Shown: positions 14,501 to 29,698, counted from the stretch's first letter. The stretch is DNA of 64,000 nucleotides from Chrysomallon squamiferum (GCA_012295275.1 CM022677.1:22134001-22198000), one strand, 5' to 3'. Numbers and translations are program-made. The notes: generated from the letters alone by a model not told the origin.

Positions 14501-15498
14501 AAAATTTAAATTAAATGTACAGTCCATGAAAAAAGAGAAGTTATGTTAACAGTAATAATAAAAGTAATATTAACAATACTAATAATACTACTACTAACAA
14601 CAACAATAATAATATCAGTAATAGTAATAATAATAACAATAACAATAAAAATAATAATGATAACAATAATAATAATTATAATAATAGCTACCATCAAGAA
14701 GATGACGTAGCTGTTGCACAAACTTCTCTTTGACGGCATCTGTCACAGATTCTGGTACATGCATCAACGTCAGCTGTTTCAACACCTGCAGAGCAGATTC
14801 ATCTATCATCATGGCAACATATCCTACACTGCTACCTTCAGTGTCTGCTTTTATCTCTTGCAGTTTTTCGATGACTTCTCTTGACTTTAAAACAGCTGAA
14901 AGTAGTTTCAATATTTAGTTTTTCTTTCTGTCTTTCTTTCTATTTCTCTCTCTCATTCACTCTTGCTTTCTCTCTGTCAGTCTATATCTCTCAGTCTCTC
15001 TCTCTCTATCTCTCTCTCAGTCACTCTCTCTCTCTCTCTTACATTTAATATACACATAAACACGCATCCATGCAAACAAGAAGTTAATTTACAATAATTT
15101 AAAAGTATTTTATTTTATCTATCATAAAACTATAATTTTTACCATTTTTAGCTGATACAAATGGTGACGTTTTCAACAACAGACTCAGTCTTTCCTGACT
15201 TTGAAGACTTCTTGTTGCTAAGACCAAAGCAGCAGCATCAACTTCAGCCTTTGGTGGCCTGAATGAATGAATGAATGAATGAATGAAATATAATAAAATA
15301 AAGTAAAAATTAAATTATTTTGTACTTCAGTTTAAAGAATAATTTAGCCTTTTCTTTAATTTAAAATGCTTGTTCATTTATATTAATGTTATAAATTAAT
15401 GAATTCAAATTCAAAGTTGTTTAATATTATTTTTTGTCTTACTATGGAAAATATTGATGTTAAACATATACTGTTTAAAATAATTGGAAATTAGACGC

Positions 15499-15554
<56 letters not shown>

Positions 15555-15666
15555 GAGGTATGAAGATTATATTAGTTATTTACAAAACAAAGTAAAATTT
15601 TCTCTAGCACAGAACAACAACAAAAACTACTCACCGAACAAAATTAAACAGATCTTTTCCGTCCAT
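7614..15666 (-). CDS. Predicted nucleotidyltransferase (Pol-beta superfamily, RlaP/YcgL 'Nuc-transf'-like), ~632 aa, 14 exons, tandem domain with N-terminal copy degenerate
   Basis: Phase-compatible GT-AG exons: 15666-15635, 15258-15143, 14895-14692, 13588-13407, 12739-12586, 12376-12253, 11492-11375, 10655-10484, 10206-10031, 9640-9506, 8932-8888, 8585-8445, 8218-8096, 7790-7614 (1899 nt, open). Catalytic motif AGSWMYGLSTPDSDTDYIIIY, followed by YEARLFCEMIMKGSVVILELLF. Three donors are weak (gtagct, gttgaa, gttttt). Confidence 0.8.
10755..10960. repeat. ~102-bp direct duplication in an intron
   Basis: gtgtgtgtgtaacagactgagttcaaatgtgcatatttatg... occurs at ~10757 and ~10859. Confidence 0.8.
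13575..14423. repeat. Minisatellite, 44-47 bp unit, 19 copies, overlapping the exon 4 acceptor of the nucleotidyltransferase gene
   Basis: Unit cacctacctataaacagta(a/t)gaaatttactaaaacacagtgttt(tt)a, counted 19 times from 13582 to 14405. Confidence 0.95.
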
Positions 15667-16228
15667 CAAATCAGTCAGAAAGTAAACAATTATTTAGAAA
15701 CAAAAAAGTTAAAATTATGATGAAAACGCTGAAGATTTTAACTACGAACTTTTATGCGAAATAAAAACAATAATAAACAGTTTTCTAAATAAAATAATTA
15801 ATTATTTTGAAGCTTTTAAATTCGTATTATATGATCGATGTCTCTAATTTAATGAAAAACGTTGTCATCTGAGTGTTGTTAAATTGTTTGTGAAAATTTC
15901 ATTTCCTGGTGAAATATTTGTTTTCGACTGTCCCATGTTCTGCACTCAAGGATAGGAGAATAGTGAAGCGTATCATTATATGACACTTGTCGTTTTTTTA
16001 AGAATTATAAATTACTTCCTGTAAGATCGACGCTTTCGTACACTTATTAACAATACAGTAAAATAAAATAAAACAAAATAAAATATTACAGACAATAGTT
16101 AGCCACTCATTTATTTATCTGTGAATTTATAGATTATAAATTTCTTCAATAAAATTACAAAAACAAATGTATTTTTGTTTCCTTTAATTTAAATAGAATA
16201 TTTCTCACCTCTTTTTTACATAATGTAG

Positions 16229-16283
<55 letters not shown>

Positions 16284-16350
16284 AACAACGGCATTAGCGT
16301 ATTTCGTATGCTCTAGCTATTTTTGAGGAAATTACACTAGTATCAACAAA

Positions 16351-17590
16351 ATGGCGCAAGGAACACCAGTTTCGCCTGTAGCTCGTTCGTGGAATCCTAA
16401 TTTTTCGCACGCGGAGAGAGAAAGGTATAGAAAACGTATTTTTTAATTATCAGATTTAATTTTCGGTTTTACTAAGTCATTTGAGAGTAATTGTAGTATA
16501 ATGAACAGCTTAAATGTCTATAATAACAATAAAAAAAGATTAACAGCTGTTGTTCAACTTGAACTTCTGTTTTAACTTTTCATTTACTAAATGAAAAGTT
16601 AAAACAGAAGTGATTTTGTGCACGCTAATAGTACCCATCTTGTGTATTCTATTATCCGATTTCATAAATTTGTAATACTTTTCATTAGTCGTATTAATGT
16701 ACATTCAGCTTTACTCCACTCTTTTCAAAATATTATTATTCACTTTATTAATAATCAGTTAAATGAATATGTCACTTATTCTTATTGTTACATCCACAGA
16801 TGGATTTGTATATATCCTGCCTACATCAACAGTAGAAAAACTTTAAAAGAAGGTCGTAAAATACCAAAGAACAAGGTGAGTGTTTAACTTTTATCTTTAA
16901 TTATTTTACTTTGAGCTAAATTAAATAGTGACATATAGCATTATACAGAGCTACATTTATGTTCATATATGAACTTGGAGATATCAGCATATGTGTTTTT
17001 ATTAAAATTAGTTTACTGGTCAGTTATTCATATTACAACTCTTTCTTTTATATCCAAATATAAAATTATGAGATACTTCTAGAGAAGAAAATAAGATAGT
17101 ATACAAGACATAATGATCAAAACATCTCAACCATATGCATAAACAAACAATCGCTCAGCCTGTACTCAAAGTAATAAGTAAACTGGGGATTAGCAAATAA
17201 AAATTCAGTTTATCTTTTTTCCATCGGTATTTGTTAAATAAGTATTATAAATATAAACTTGTCAATGATAGATAACAGTACTACGTATATCACATTGATT
17301 CTTTGGAAAACCCCAAATAGAAAATAGAAATGAAGGATTCAGTGTTTCTGATTTAAATTTTTTGATTTTAAAAGTAGATGAAATTTGCTTCCATAAAATA
17401 CAACCGTTACCAGTGATGTCATTCTGATCTAGAAATAGGAAACATTTTGGCTGGGGAACATTATGATTGATGTCATCACCTCCTTAACTCACACCACATA
17501 ACAACATCATTATCTCATTACTATTATTACTACAACTGCCACAACATCTTACAAGCCTCATAGCCTAACAAATGAAACCTCCTCTGTTGA

Positions 17591-17623
<33 letters not shown>

Positions 17624-17706
17624 TCATTATTATTATTATTATTATTTCTATTATAATTATTATCATTATAGTAGTTATTTCCACTTGTATTATTAGTGAC
17701 ATTATG

Positions 17707-17741
<35 letters not shown>

Positions 17742-18699
17742 GCTGTTGTTTATTTATTTATTTATTTATTTATTTGTGTAATTTTATTTTTTTCAGGCAA
17801 TTGATAATCCTAGTTACGCTGAAATCAAAGATGTCTGTGCTGCAGCTGGATTAACCCTTGGTGTTGAAGTAAAATTTATTTATTTATTTATTTTTTTATT
17901 TTTTTAATTATTTACTCTTTTTCTTTAATTATTTTATTTATGGTTTTATTTATTTTATACTATTAATATTTATTATTATTAATGTTATTACTGTTATTAT
18001 TTTTATTTATATCATTTACTGCATATTTATTTTTGAAATTTTTTTTTTTTTTTTTCTCCTGTAAATGACTTTACTATCAAAATATGAAATCCATCAGGAT
18101 TTAGTTTAGGCATATGTCACTATAATTAGTAAGAAATATTTAATTTAATTTTTTTTTCTTTCTTTCTAATTATAACAATTAAAAAAAACCCTGGAAACTT
18201 CATGATATGGAGAAAGCAATAACATATGCATACAAGACAGAAACAACTGTGAAAGTTATAATGAAATCTTTAAAATACATTATGTATTTCAAAGATTTCA
18301 TTTTAATTTTCATATGTTCTTTTTTTTCTTTTTTTTTTTAAGTACATAATATTGTCATATTTTTTATTTTTTATTCAACACTGTCTGTAAAATAAATAAA
18401 TAAATATTTAAAATAAGACAATTTTAAAATTAAAAAAATGTTTGTTTCAGAATAAAGTCTACCCACGTGAGCTGGATCACAGAGATCCAAAGGTCAGAGG
18501 TCGAATTCGAGTTCAGCTCAAAAACGAAGAAGGCCGACCTATGTTGAGTCAATTTCCAACGAGTAAGATTTGTTTGTTTGTTTGTTTGTTTGTTTATTTA
18601 TTTTTATTTATTTATATATGTATTTATTTATTTTATATTCAGCCTGTTTTTCAACAAGTAGGTTTTGTTTTTTTGTTTATTTGCTTACCTATGTTCATT

Positions 18700-18771
<72 letters not shown>

Positions 18772-19173
18772 CACATATATATATATAGTATTGTTTTTTT
18801 TATTTTTTATTTATTTGTTTATGTGTTTGTTAATTGTCTGTTCAGTTGCATATTTATTTAAAATTGAATGACAAATGTAAAAACACAGAAATTCTCAAAT
18901 ATTACTTTACTTGTATCACTACTAGTAGGTATGGGACATAAACTTGAAAAAATAAAAATAATAAAAACAATAAATAAAAAATAAAGGAAGAACAAAATCA
19001 AGTCATTAAATTTCTTTCATTTCTTCATCTTAGGACATTCCGTGCTCATCTACCTAGGGGAGACAATTCCGAAGCTGAAGACTCGAATTCAGTCGCAGTC
19101 GCAGTCTCAGCAAAGTCAACAACAGCAGCAGTCACACAAACAGTCCAAGAAGAAAGGGAGAAAGGGAAAATAG
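16351..19173 (+). CDS. SRP19: Signal recognition particle 19 kDa protein, 157 aa, 5 exons
   Basis: Exons 16351-16424, 16800-16875, 17797-17868, 18451-18562, 19034-19173. Motifs RWICIYPAYINSRKTLKEGRKIPK, AIDNPSYAEIKDVC, NKVYPRE..RGRIRVQLK, IPKLKTR and a basic C-terminal tail. AATAAA at 19216. Confidence 0.97.
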
Positions 19174-20864
19174 GATTTTGTTTTGTGAGGTGGGAGTGTG
19201 TAATAAGTTATACGAAATAAAAGTTTTAAAATGTTTGGTATGTCAACAAGAGATTTGTGGTGTTTTTTTTTTGTTTTTTTTTGTCATGATGTGTGTGTGT
19301 GTGTGTGAATGTGTGTATATACAAAAACATGCACCCACACACACACACACACACCACATATATATAGATACATATACTCACATAATAAAATTATTATAAA
19401 CATTGGTTAGTTTATACTTATACATATATATATATGTATTATACATACACATATGAAGGTACATGTATATGGGTTTTTTATTCGCTTTCTGTGAGTATGT
19501 GTGTATGTACATGTCTGTGTATGTATAAATATATATATATATAGACACACATATATGCACACACAGACACACAGACACAAACTCATAGGCATCACTCAAC
19601 CAGAAAATACAGGTCTGGGGGTGGCTTTGATTTCTAGGTTATTCATTTTTCTCTATCAAGGCTTCACAGAAAACTAAAAATACAAAACAGACACAACTAA
19701 GACTTGAAGAGAATACAATTTTATTTACTTGTCTAAGTACAGCAACAGACACTTGCACAAATACTTTAGAAAAACACTTTATATGTTAACTATTATATTT
19801 TGAACACCAAATTTTCCCTGGCTGGTGTCTTTTCACAAACAGTCTCCAGAAATATCCGGAAAAGATAAAAGATATATGTTATTGATATTAAAATAACATT
19901 AATTTGTACTGTTAAGCACAATTCACAAAGGATGAAAAGGAATTTATAGTAACACAATATTTTGTATTATTCATATTGTTAAAAAAAAGTATATGACACA
20001 AAATTCAGAGACATAAACAAATGCTGAAAATTGCTCACTACCATTCCTTGAAAATGTTCAGGTTAAAACAGCTAACATTATGTAAAAGAACAAAGATTCA
20101 CTTTCTGTCAAGACATTTCAGCTGCGAGTAGAAATATTCTTCACAGTTCAAAAATATTATTTAACATATTTTTTTTAAATTATTATTATTATTTTTTTTT
20201 AATGTTAGTCCCACAGTTAAGTTATATACCATGATGAATTATGGTATGCATTTACAGACATTTATATGTTTCAAATTTACAGCTTTTACCCTAGTTTCAT
20301 CATCTTGCAAAGCTTGTTACTGTCCAAGATGAAAATCTAAAACATAGGTAACTTTAACATTATGATAACTGTGGGCAAGGCATATGCCAGACTTAAGAAA
20401 TCTCTCTCAGAATAATTTTATTTTTATCATAATATATATATCTTATTGAACTTTGTTTTATGGATTACACTGAGTATGTACAATTAGATAGATAATGTCA
20501 TATGACATTCTTATAAATAGTCTGTTTGCAAAATAATAGAATATTTAGAGAGAGAGAGAGAAAAAAAAAAAAATAATAGGTAAGAAAACTAAGAATTTTA
20601 GAAAGTAAATAAGATTTTATTTCTTCTATAAGTTTTTATTTATCATTTTTTAATAAGTTTAAATGATAAAGTAATTGAAAAGAGAAAACGAAAAGTTAAA
20701 GACTACTTGAAGCAACTACATTAATACATTTTAAATAAAATAAATGAATGAATGATACAGCTGATTTTCTGTTCATTTATCAGTTTGTGTAAAGAAAGAA
20801 ATGTCTGTCCAGTTTTAATTACAAAACAGTTATGGTGACACTAACTTAGCAGACAGTTTGAAGT

Positions 20865-22830
20865 TTATTTTTTAGACCAAGTAAATATTTGTATTTGTCC
20901 GTTTCTCTGTCCCAAGAAAAGTTTGTTACCATGACAACATACAGACACAGGTGAGGACAGTCCATCCTGGTCAGTGAGGACGTCACGTAGAACGTTTCCA
21001 TCCCGTGACAACTGAACAACACAATTTCTATCATATTCACAAACAAAAATATTCCCATCCCTGTCACATGTAACACCTCTCAAGTCTCTCAGTCTTTCAG
21101 AATCACGTGACTCCCATTTGACGTCACCTGATGACGTCACACAAAATAAACTGTTTACATTTTCTCTCTTTGACACAACAATCAGACATTGATCGTGAAC
21201 TGTGAGAAACCACGGACTGGGGATCAAATCTGTTGAGATAGAATTAATGAGCTGACCATTGTCTGTCAGTATGTCCAAAGATTGACCACTAAACATCGAG
21301 AAGCCCAGAGTGACCGCTAGCCGGTTGCCAGGTAACACAGCGACAAACCAATACTGTTTATCAGTTTCAATGGTTTTGATCACTTTGAAGTTCTCCAGAT
21401 TTAAAAACAGTAATTTTCTTTTGCGTGGCACAGCAACGACGACGACCCCGTTTTGATCACGTGACTCAGCGAGACCGCACGGTGGAGAGGACGTCACGTG
21501 TTTGTTTATCAGTGATTTTCTCTCTAAACAAAAACATTTTACACAGCTATTGTTAGAATCACTAACAACAATTTTACTTTTGTCCTCACCTGTCACCAGC
21601 ATGGAATCCAGATGAGGATTTAATTCGTCTTGTTTCACAATATAAAATGGCCAGGGAATGAATTTATCTTCTTGTTTTTTTGTGCTAATGGTGTCTGTGT
21701 GTTTGAGTATGTCTGTCTGCCTGTCTGTCTGTGTGTCTGTTTGGATGTTTGTGGAGATTTCTCCAATGTGCACAGGCATTTGTCTCTCTTTACCAGATTT
21801 TATCAGATTTATTTTAAACTCGGAGTTATCAATTTTTGAAAGAGATCTGGCCAGAAACTTGGATGTTGTGTTTTGAAGTTTGGTGAATTTTGAAATATTA
21901 ATACTTGTCTCATACTCTGAATTAGTTTGCAACAAATCTTCACCAAGTTTGATGATTTTTTCGTTTTCCTCAATCAGATGTTTATGTTCAGTAAACAGTT
22001 TGTCTATTTCTGAGTTAACGAAGTTCTGACATTTTTCAATTTCTCTTATTAACCTGTCTTGTTCTTTGTGGACTGCGGCAGTAAAATCTGAGATTAGTGT
22101 GTCACCAATTCTTCTGACCTCCTCTGCAGTGTCCACGACGCTGATGTCGACGTCTTGCCGAAGTTTTTCAATCCGATCTTCCATCTGTGACTGAAGAATT
22201 TCTTTAAATGTTTTTAGATTATCAGAAAGAGAACTCAGAAGTGAAATGTGATCTCCCTCTTCAGCTGAAATAAATAAATAAAAATAAATAAATAAATAAT
22301 AATAATAATGAGAAGAAGTAGAAGAAGAAGAAAAGCAGAACTAGTATTACTATTATTAATAATATAAAGATATGGTACAAAGTAAAACTGTAGAATTTAT
22401 TTTATCATTTGAAAACTGTGTGTAGAAAAACGTTTAAAAATAAAATTCTCCGTTTCTTTATGAGCCTGCTACAATGGTTAATACACGACACAAATATTGT
22501 TAGTTAAATAATCACTGCATCTAAACACAACACTGCTGACTCACAAAACTTTGAACGTTGCCTGTCATCGATAGAATCCACTAAAGCAATGTTTACAGGA
22601 AACTGATCTGCCCATGTTTCCAGTGGTTTCGTGCTGTCTGGTATTTCAATGTTTTGTCTACACAACGGGCAGGTGATTTGTGTGTCGCTGTTTTCATAGT
22701 TTTTATTTATGTAATCTTGCAGGCATTTCCAACAGAACGAGTGACCGCAAAAAAGAACTTGCGGTTTCTTGAAAACATCCAGACAAAGACAACAAGATAT
22801 TTGGTCATCGAAACTTGAAGCTGTTGCCAT
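20865..22830 (-). CDS. TRIM-like E3 ligase copy 1: RING-HC + coiled coil + NHL-like beta-propeller, no B-box, ~561 aa
   Basis: RING exon 22830-22545 (CCLC...CGHSFCWKC...CPLC) splices in phase 1 (|gtgagt ... tttcag|) to exon 22264-20865. Propeller repeats include LRGVTCDRDGNIFVCEYDRNCVVQLSRDG. Confidence 0.9.
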
Positions 22831-23541
22831 ATCTGTTAAAATAACAAGAACAACAATAACAGTAATAGTAATACTGATATTAATAATAACAGTAACGATA
22901 ATAAAATTATTACACAATTAATCAACCTCCAAATGCACTACTGAAATTAATATACAAAATAAACAATTTATCTGTTTATTTATTTATGTATTTGCGAAAA
23001 TGAAAGGCATTCTCTATTTAGCTTTGTGACGTCACATTTTTTTTCATATCGATGATGATCGTTTTACTGTAAATTGTGGGGAGGTGAAATGTAAATAAAA
23101 ACGAAAGTTAATTTAAAAAAATATATGAACAAACTTTTTAAAAAATCCCCCTCAAAAAAAAAAAAAAAATAAAAGAAAATATGTTGTATCATAAATCCTG
23201 CAGAGTGATTCGTGTAATGCTAACAGTTTTTGTATGCCGACCCTTGAAAAAATGGAAATGTGAGACTCGTAGAAATGCACGTATTGAGTGTAACAATAAC
23301 TTAGTCACGTTTCAATACTCTTACAGTAAACAAATGATATTGCTGATGAACCAGAGAGACAAAAAATATATGTGTTTTTACTCGAACTCGACACACTTTA
23401 AATCTACAGTTTCTACACTAATGATTTAAAATCTTATAGATAATGGAAGAAAACAAATCACTTCACTACGAGGACTACCCTCTCTTGATAATCACATCCC
23501 ATGTCCTTTAATAAAACAATCGCGTATTTGACTTTGAGACG

Positions 23542-23581
<40 letters not shown>

Positions 23582-24225
23582 TGTCTTACCTTTGTTTTAC
23601 GATATGAAAAATTCAACTCGTGAATTATTTTTATCTGTATTCGTCTGCAAGGTCGAGTTGTGTTGAAGTTGTCTGGCGGGTAGCTGATTTTGACAGACGA
23701 CACTCAGTGAGTGGAAGATACCAACTGAAAAAAAAGAAGGGGTTTAAGCTTACAAGTCATCTATAACACATTTATTTCGTTTGAGAAAAAATCCTGAACG
23801 ATTAATATTTTTGTTGTAAAAGAAACAGGAATAAAATTGGTAACTATCTGGATATAATTTCTGTAACATAGATAAAGTTAAAAAATGTTTGTCACAGTCT
23901 GTCACACTTGTAGTTATAATAGACACAGCAACTCGTAGGTATAAGGAAAAAGAAACATAATACATTTCGACGCCAAAAATAAATCTTGTTTAAACTTGAA
24001 TAGTGAACTGGCGAGTATCGTGTCTTTATAACAGTATAAATGAACTGTACGATTAGAAAACAAGATACAAAGTGAACGTGTGATTTTAGTCACGTACACA
24101 TAATAATAATGTTGTCTGTTCAAATTTCTGTGATTTATGATGTCACAGTATTTAATTATACTACTGCCAAATTCACAGGTTTCTGCTTAAATTCTACATT
24201 ACTAAAAATTAGAAAATGACAGTAA

Positions 24226-24283
<58 letters not shown>

Positions 24284-25199
24284 TAATTTCTTGTGTGTAA
24301 GTACCGGCCCTGTCATCCTCTGTAATTATTGTGATTCGCACTTTTTCTCACACCAACTTGAACGTGCAGAGTAAAGAAAGATGAAACAAGATCTCTAACA
24401 CCCGGATTTAAAACACGTGTCTGTAGTATCCAGTGAGTATCCAGTTTCGCATCTACTCACGTTTTGAAACCTGTCGCTATTTTTGACGTGAACGTAAATA
24501 CAACGTACAATAATAATCAGACTACATTTTATTTGTTTACTCATGTGTAACGTTCTCTTTCGTTGTTTCAATTCATTTAGTTATTTAGTTATATTTATAA
24601 ATCATCAACTTCAGTTTACTATAAAAAATAGTAATAAGAATATATTTTATTTATATATTGACGTGTAGCCTTTTATTTTGTTGTTTTACTTCACTGCTCA
24701 TTTAGTCGTGTTAAACAGAACATTTAACAAACATGTAGTAGTAGTAGTTGTTGTTGTTGTGTCATAGTCAATAAGTGCATTAATTAATTAATTATGTAAG
24801 CGGTGACATTTTAATTTTGCAAGAAATAAGCCTTCTCTGTAATTTCGAAAGCGTTTACTTTATGTGACGTCATTCAGTGTGATCATAAAAGTGTGAAAGG
24901 TTTGTAAAATTATTTTAATAACTTTTTAATTAATATTAGTTTTCGATCTAAGAAACTGTCAAGACATTTCAACATTATTATGTTTTCAGTGTTGCTGTTA
25001 AATCTCTGATTATTGTCTGTGTGTGTCCAAATGTTTTTTCTCATTTTTCTTTATAAGCAGTAATTTCTAGAAATTTCAGTACTGGGCCTGTCACCTTTTT
25101 CTGTTATTGCTGTGAATCAGTACTTTTTCTAAGACTAACTTGCATGTACGTAGAACAGAAAATATGATTTGTAACACACGTATTTAAAACACGTGTCCT

Positions 25200-25327
<128 letters not shown>

Positions 25328-25334
25328 TAACGTT

Positions 25335-25590
25335 TACAAAATAAAATGGGGTTCTTACCAGGTTTTATATTTTCTAACAAAGAGATGACAATCAGGCTGT
25401 GTTGTTGTGGAAACCAGTTTTCAGTTGTATGAGAGAAACAGATAACTAACTACCTGATCTAATATACCCGCTCGAAGAGAAATTTGACCATCTCGTCATC
25501 GAGATAAAACTGAGGTGAGGTATACCAGTTTCAAAGCATGGCTTTATTTAGTAAACTGATAATTATATACGTCAATTAAAAAGATTAGTA
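25335..25590 (-). promoter_or_regulatory. Conserved promoter / non-coding first exon of TRIM-like copy 1
   Basis: A ~250-bp block is conserved upstream of all four copies and ends in ctg|gtaag (donor at 25358). It has a TATA-like gggtatattag and GAAA-containing motifs. Each RING exon starts cag|atATG, which implies an upstream UTR exon. Confidence 0.65.
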
Positions 25591-25981
25591 ATTAGCAGTT
25601 CAAATTTGTTTAAATTACGGTGTGGTGTGTTTTATATATATTGACTTATCAGAATCACGTTTACTTCTAGCTACTACTCCTACTACTACTACTACTACTA
25701 CAACTTCTAATAGTACATTTACTACAACTGCTAATAATACTGTTGCTGCTACAGCTTTACTACCACTACTAATATGAACACCATTACACTGTTACTACTA
25801 CTACTAATTTAATAAAATGTTTGTCTCTGCAATGTAGAAATAAAAGACACAGCGACATCTTTTGAATAGTTAACTGGAGGGTTTTGGGTCTTTTTGTGAG
25901 ATGTATAAATAAACTACACGAATGAAAAAGAAAATTCAAAGTCAACTTATGCTTGTACTCACGAACACATAGTAATAATAA

Positions 25982-26028
<47 letters not shown>

Positions 26029-26106
26029 ATACTAATAGTTACAGATACTCTAAATTCATACTAAAAGAAATTAGTACTAAACTTCTCTGTGAATATACCC
26101 TTCCAA

Positions 26107-26194
<88 letters not shown>

Positions 26195-27540
26195 GTGAAC
26201 TAATGTAGCGTATCAGGTCTTTGTATCATTTTAATTATATTTTTACCTCGCTTAATTTATTATTAAAAGAAATCAACTGTAAACACACATATTCTAAAAT
26301 GTTTGCTAGCAATAATAAATTAATATCTAAATAAATCAATAATTAAGTAAATAAATAAATAAATAAATACGTTGTTCACTATTTTTGAAATAAAGGTAAT
26401 AAATGAATAATAAAATCAACTGGTTGCTGCTGATAGAAGTTATTAAGTTAATTAACTGATTAATTATATAAACGGTCACATTTTACAGATTTGTTAGATT
26501 ATTTGAAATTAGTTGTCTTCCATGCAGTTTTGAAAATGTTACATTGTATGACGTCATTCAGTGAGATCATAAAAATATCGATTTGGAGAATAAGGTAAGT
26601 GAGTTTTATATCTGAATTTGTTTATATCAATTAATATTGGAAAAATATTAACTTTAATACTTTCATGAAACACTTTTCTCTTTTCTTAACATTCTTCCAT
26701 TATCCTTTTAAACGTCAACATATTTAAATGTGCAGATTTCGGCGTTCTTCAATGTCGGATAGCCGCCATTTGTGCGTTGAGTGCATGAAAGACTCAGTGA
26801 AAGAACAAGAAATAATAATAAAAAAATTTCGAACTTGTCACACTGTTAGATATTTGGGTAAACGCAGTTGTATTTTTTTTAAATTTTTTTTTTTATTCAG
26901 AAACTTCAATTTATCTGTCGAAATCAGATTATCGTTTCAAAGAAACGTCAGAAATAGAATCAGACGCTGTCAGTTCATTTTCGCTCGCAAACATATTTAA
27001 TAGCTATTCTCAGTGACGGAGAGGGTTGCTTGGGTATGGGGGAGTGTGCATGCAACAAATTAGATTCAGACACGAAAGTAAAATAATAATAAAGAAATAA
27101 AATTAGAGAAAGATAAAATAGTTTAACTCCTGGAATTACAATAAAATATTGATCGCATGATTTAGTAAAATTGAGCTGCTGACGAAAATATGTTGTTTAA
27201 CTTCTTTGTTAATTGTATGTACTGTGCTGTCTATGAATGTATACGAGTGATTATGCATGTGTTTTGTGTTTTCGTATGTGCGTGTGCATATAAATATACG
27301 CACACACGTATCAACGTATGTATGTATGTATGAATGTATAATTAAAGAAATGTTTTGATACTTGTTTATGTAACTGCACAATTATGGATTCATGTAACTG
27401 CATCATTATGCGAGTGCAAAGCAAGGGAAATAACTCTAAAATATGATACTATAAAAATTCTTAACCTGCAGCAGGCTAAATAAAATTATCTCCCTTCATT
27501 AAATAATTTAAATAAACCGGTGTGTAGGAGATAAGAAACA

Positions 27541-27584
<44 letters not shown>

Positions 27585-27965
27585 AAAAAAATAAAAATAC
27601 AAAACTGCTGATCACTTAAAACAAAACGATTTCATTCTTGTATATCCAGTCTGTATCAACTATTAACAAGTTATTTAAAAAATGAACAGAAATAGAATAT
27701 AAATAAATAAATAAAATAAATAGATAAATAAAAATAGAAGAACGGTATATGTAGTAGGAGTAATAGTAGTAGAAGCACTAGTAGTAATAACAGTAGAAGC
27801 ACTAGTAAATATCAACTTGTGAATCAGAAATAATGACAGAAGAATTTTATATTCAACATAATATACATTGTTTATTGCAGTTTGTTCTATGGGTTACTTT
27901 GGATTATGTACAAGTATATACACAATGTCATACCACATTCTTTGAAATAGTCCGCGAAATAGAAT

Positions 27966-28017
<52 letters not shown>

Positions 28018-28289
28018 AAAAGACAAAACTGGGTGAAAATTTAACAAATAAATCAGAAGTGTAACTTTTAACTTTATTAGTTAAACGAAACAGTAAATTA
28101 GATTTACGAAAGGTAAACAAGTTAAAGAATATTTAAATTAACTAATTTCATTAATCTATAATAAATAAATAATTTAAAATTATTCTCACTTTTTTGTATA
28201 TTTATCAGTTTGTTTAAATAAAGAAAAATCTGTTAACTTTTAACTTCAGAACAGTTAAGATGGAAATAACTTAATAGGAGGCTTGAAGT

Positions 28290-29662
28290 TTACTTTTTAC
28301 ACAAAGTAAATATTTTTATTTGTCCATTTAATTGTCCCACGTACAATTTGTTACCATGACAACAGACAGACGTAGGTTGGAACAGTCCATCCTGGTCAGT
28401 GATGATGTCACGTAGAATTTTTCCGTCCAGTGACAACTGAACAACACAATTTCTGCTACATTCACAAACAAAAATATTGCCCTCCTTGTCACATGTAACA
28501 CCTGTCAAGTCTCTTAATCTGTCTGGATCACGTGACTCCCATTTGACGTCACCTGATGACGTCACATAAAATAAACTGTTTACATTTCCCCTCTTTGACA
28601 CAACAATCAGACTTTGATCGTGAACTGTGAGACGCGACGGTCTGGGGATCAAATCTGCTGAGATGGAATTAATGAGCTGACCACTGTCTGTCAGTATGTC
28701 CAAGTACTGACCACCAATGTACCCAGTGACCGCGAGTTGGTTGCCGGGTAACACAGTGACAAACCAATTTTGTTTATCAGTTAAAATTGTTTTGATAGGT
28801 TTGAAGTTGTTCATATTTAAAAACACTATTTTATTTTCAACTGGCAGAACGACAACAACAACGTCACCGTGCTGATCACGTGATTCAGCAAGACCGTATG
28901 GCGGAGAAAGAGTTGCATATTTATTTATTACTGATTTTCTTTTTAAACAAAAACATTTTACACATTTATTGTTATAATCACTAACAACAATTTTACTGTT
29001 GTCCTCACCTGACACCAGGATGGAAAACACACATGGATTGAATTTGTCTTCTTCTGTTTTTGTTTTCATGGTCTCTGTATGTTTGATGGTGCTTGTCAGT
29101 CTGTCTATCTGTGTGTCTGCTGGGATGTTAGTGTAAATTTCACCAATGTGGACTGGCATTACTTTCTTTAAATCAGATTTACTCAGAATTATTTTTAATT
29201 CTGATTTCTCAATTTGTAAAAGAGATTTAGTCAGAAACTCGGAAGTGGTGTTTTGAAGTTTGGTGAACTTTGAAACATGAATTTTAATATCAGAATCCGA
29301 TTGACTTTTTAACACATCTTCACCAAGTTTGATCATTTTTTCGTTTTCCTTAATCAGATGTTTATGTTCTATAAATAATTTGTCTATTTCTGAGTTCACG
29401 AACTTCTGAGATTTTTCTATTTCTCTTATTAGCCTGTCTTGTTCTTCACGCACAGCGTCTGTAAACTCTGTGATTAGTTTGTCACCAATCCTTCTCACCT
29501 CGTCTGTAATGCCCGTGACGTTGATGTCGAGGTTTTGCCGAAGTTTCTCAATCTCATCTTCTATCTCTGACTGAAGAATTTTTCTAAAGTTTTTCAGACT
29601 GTCAGTAACAGTACTCAGAAATGAAATAGGACCTCCCTTTTTATCTGAAATACATAAATACA

Positions 29663-29698
<36 letters not shown>

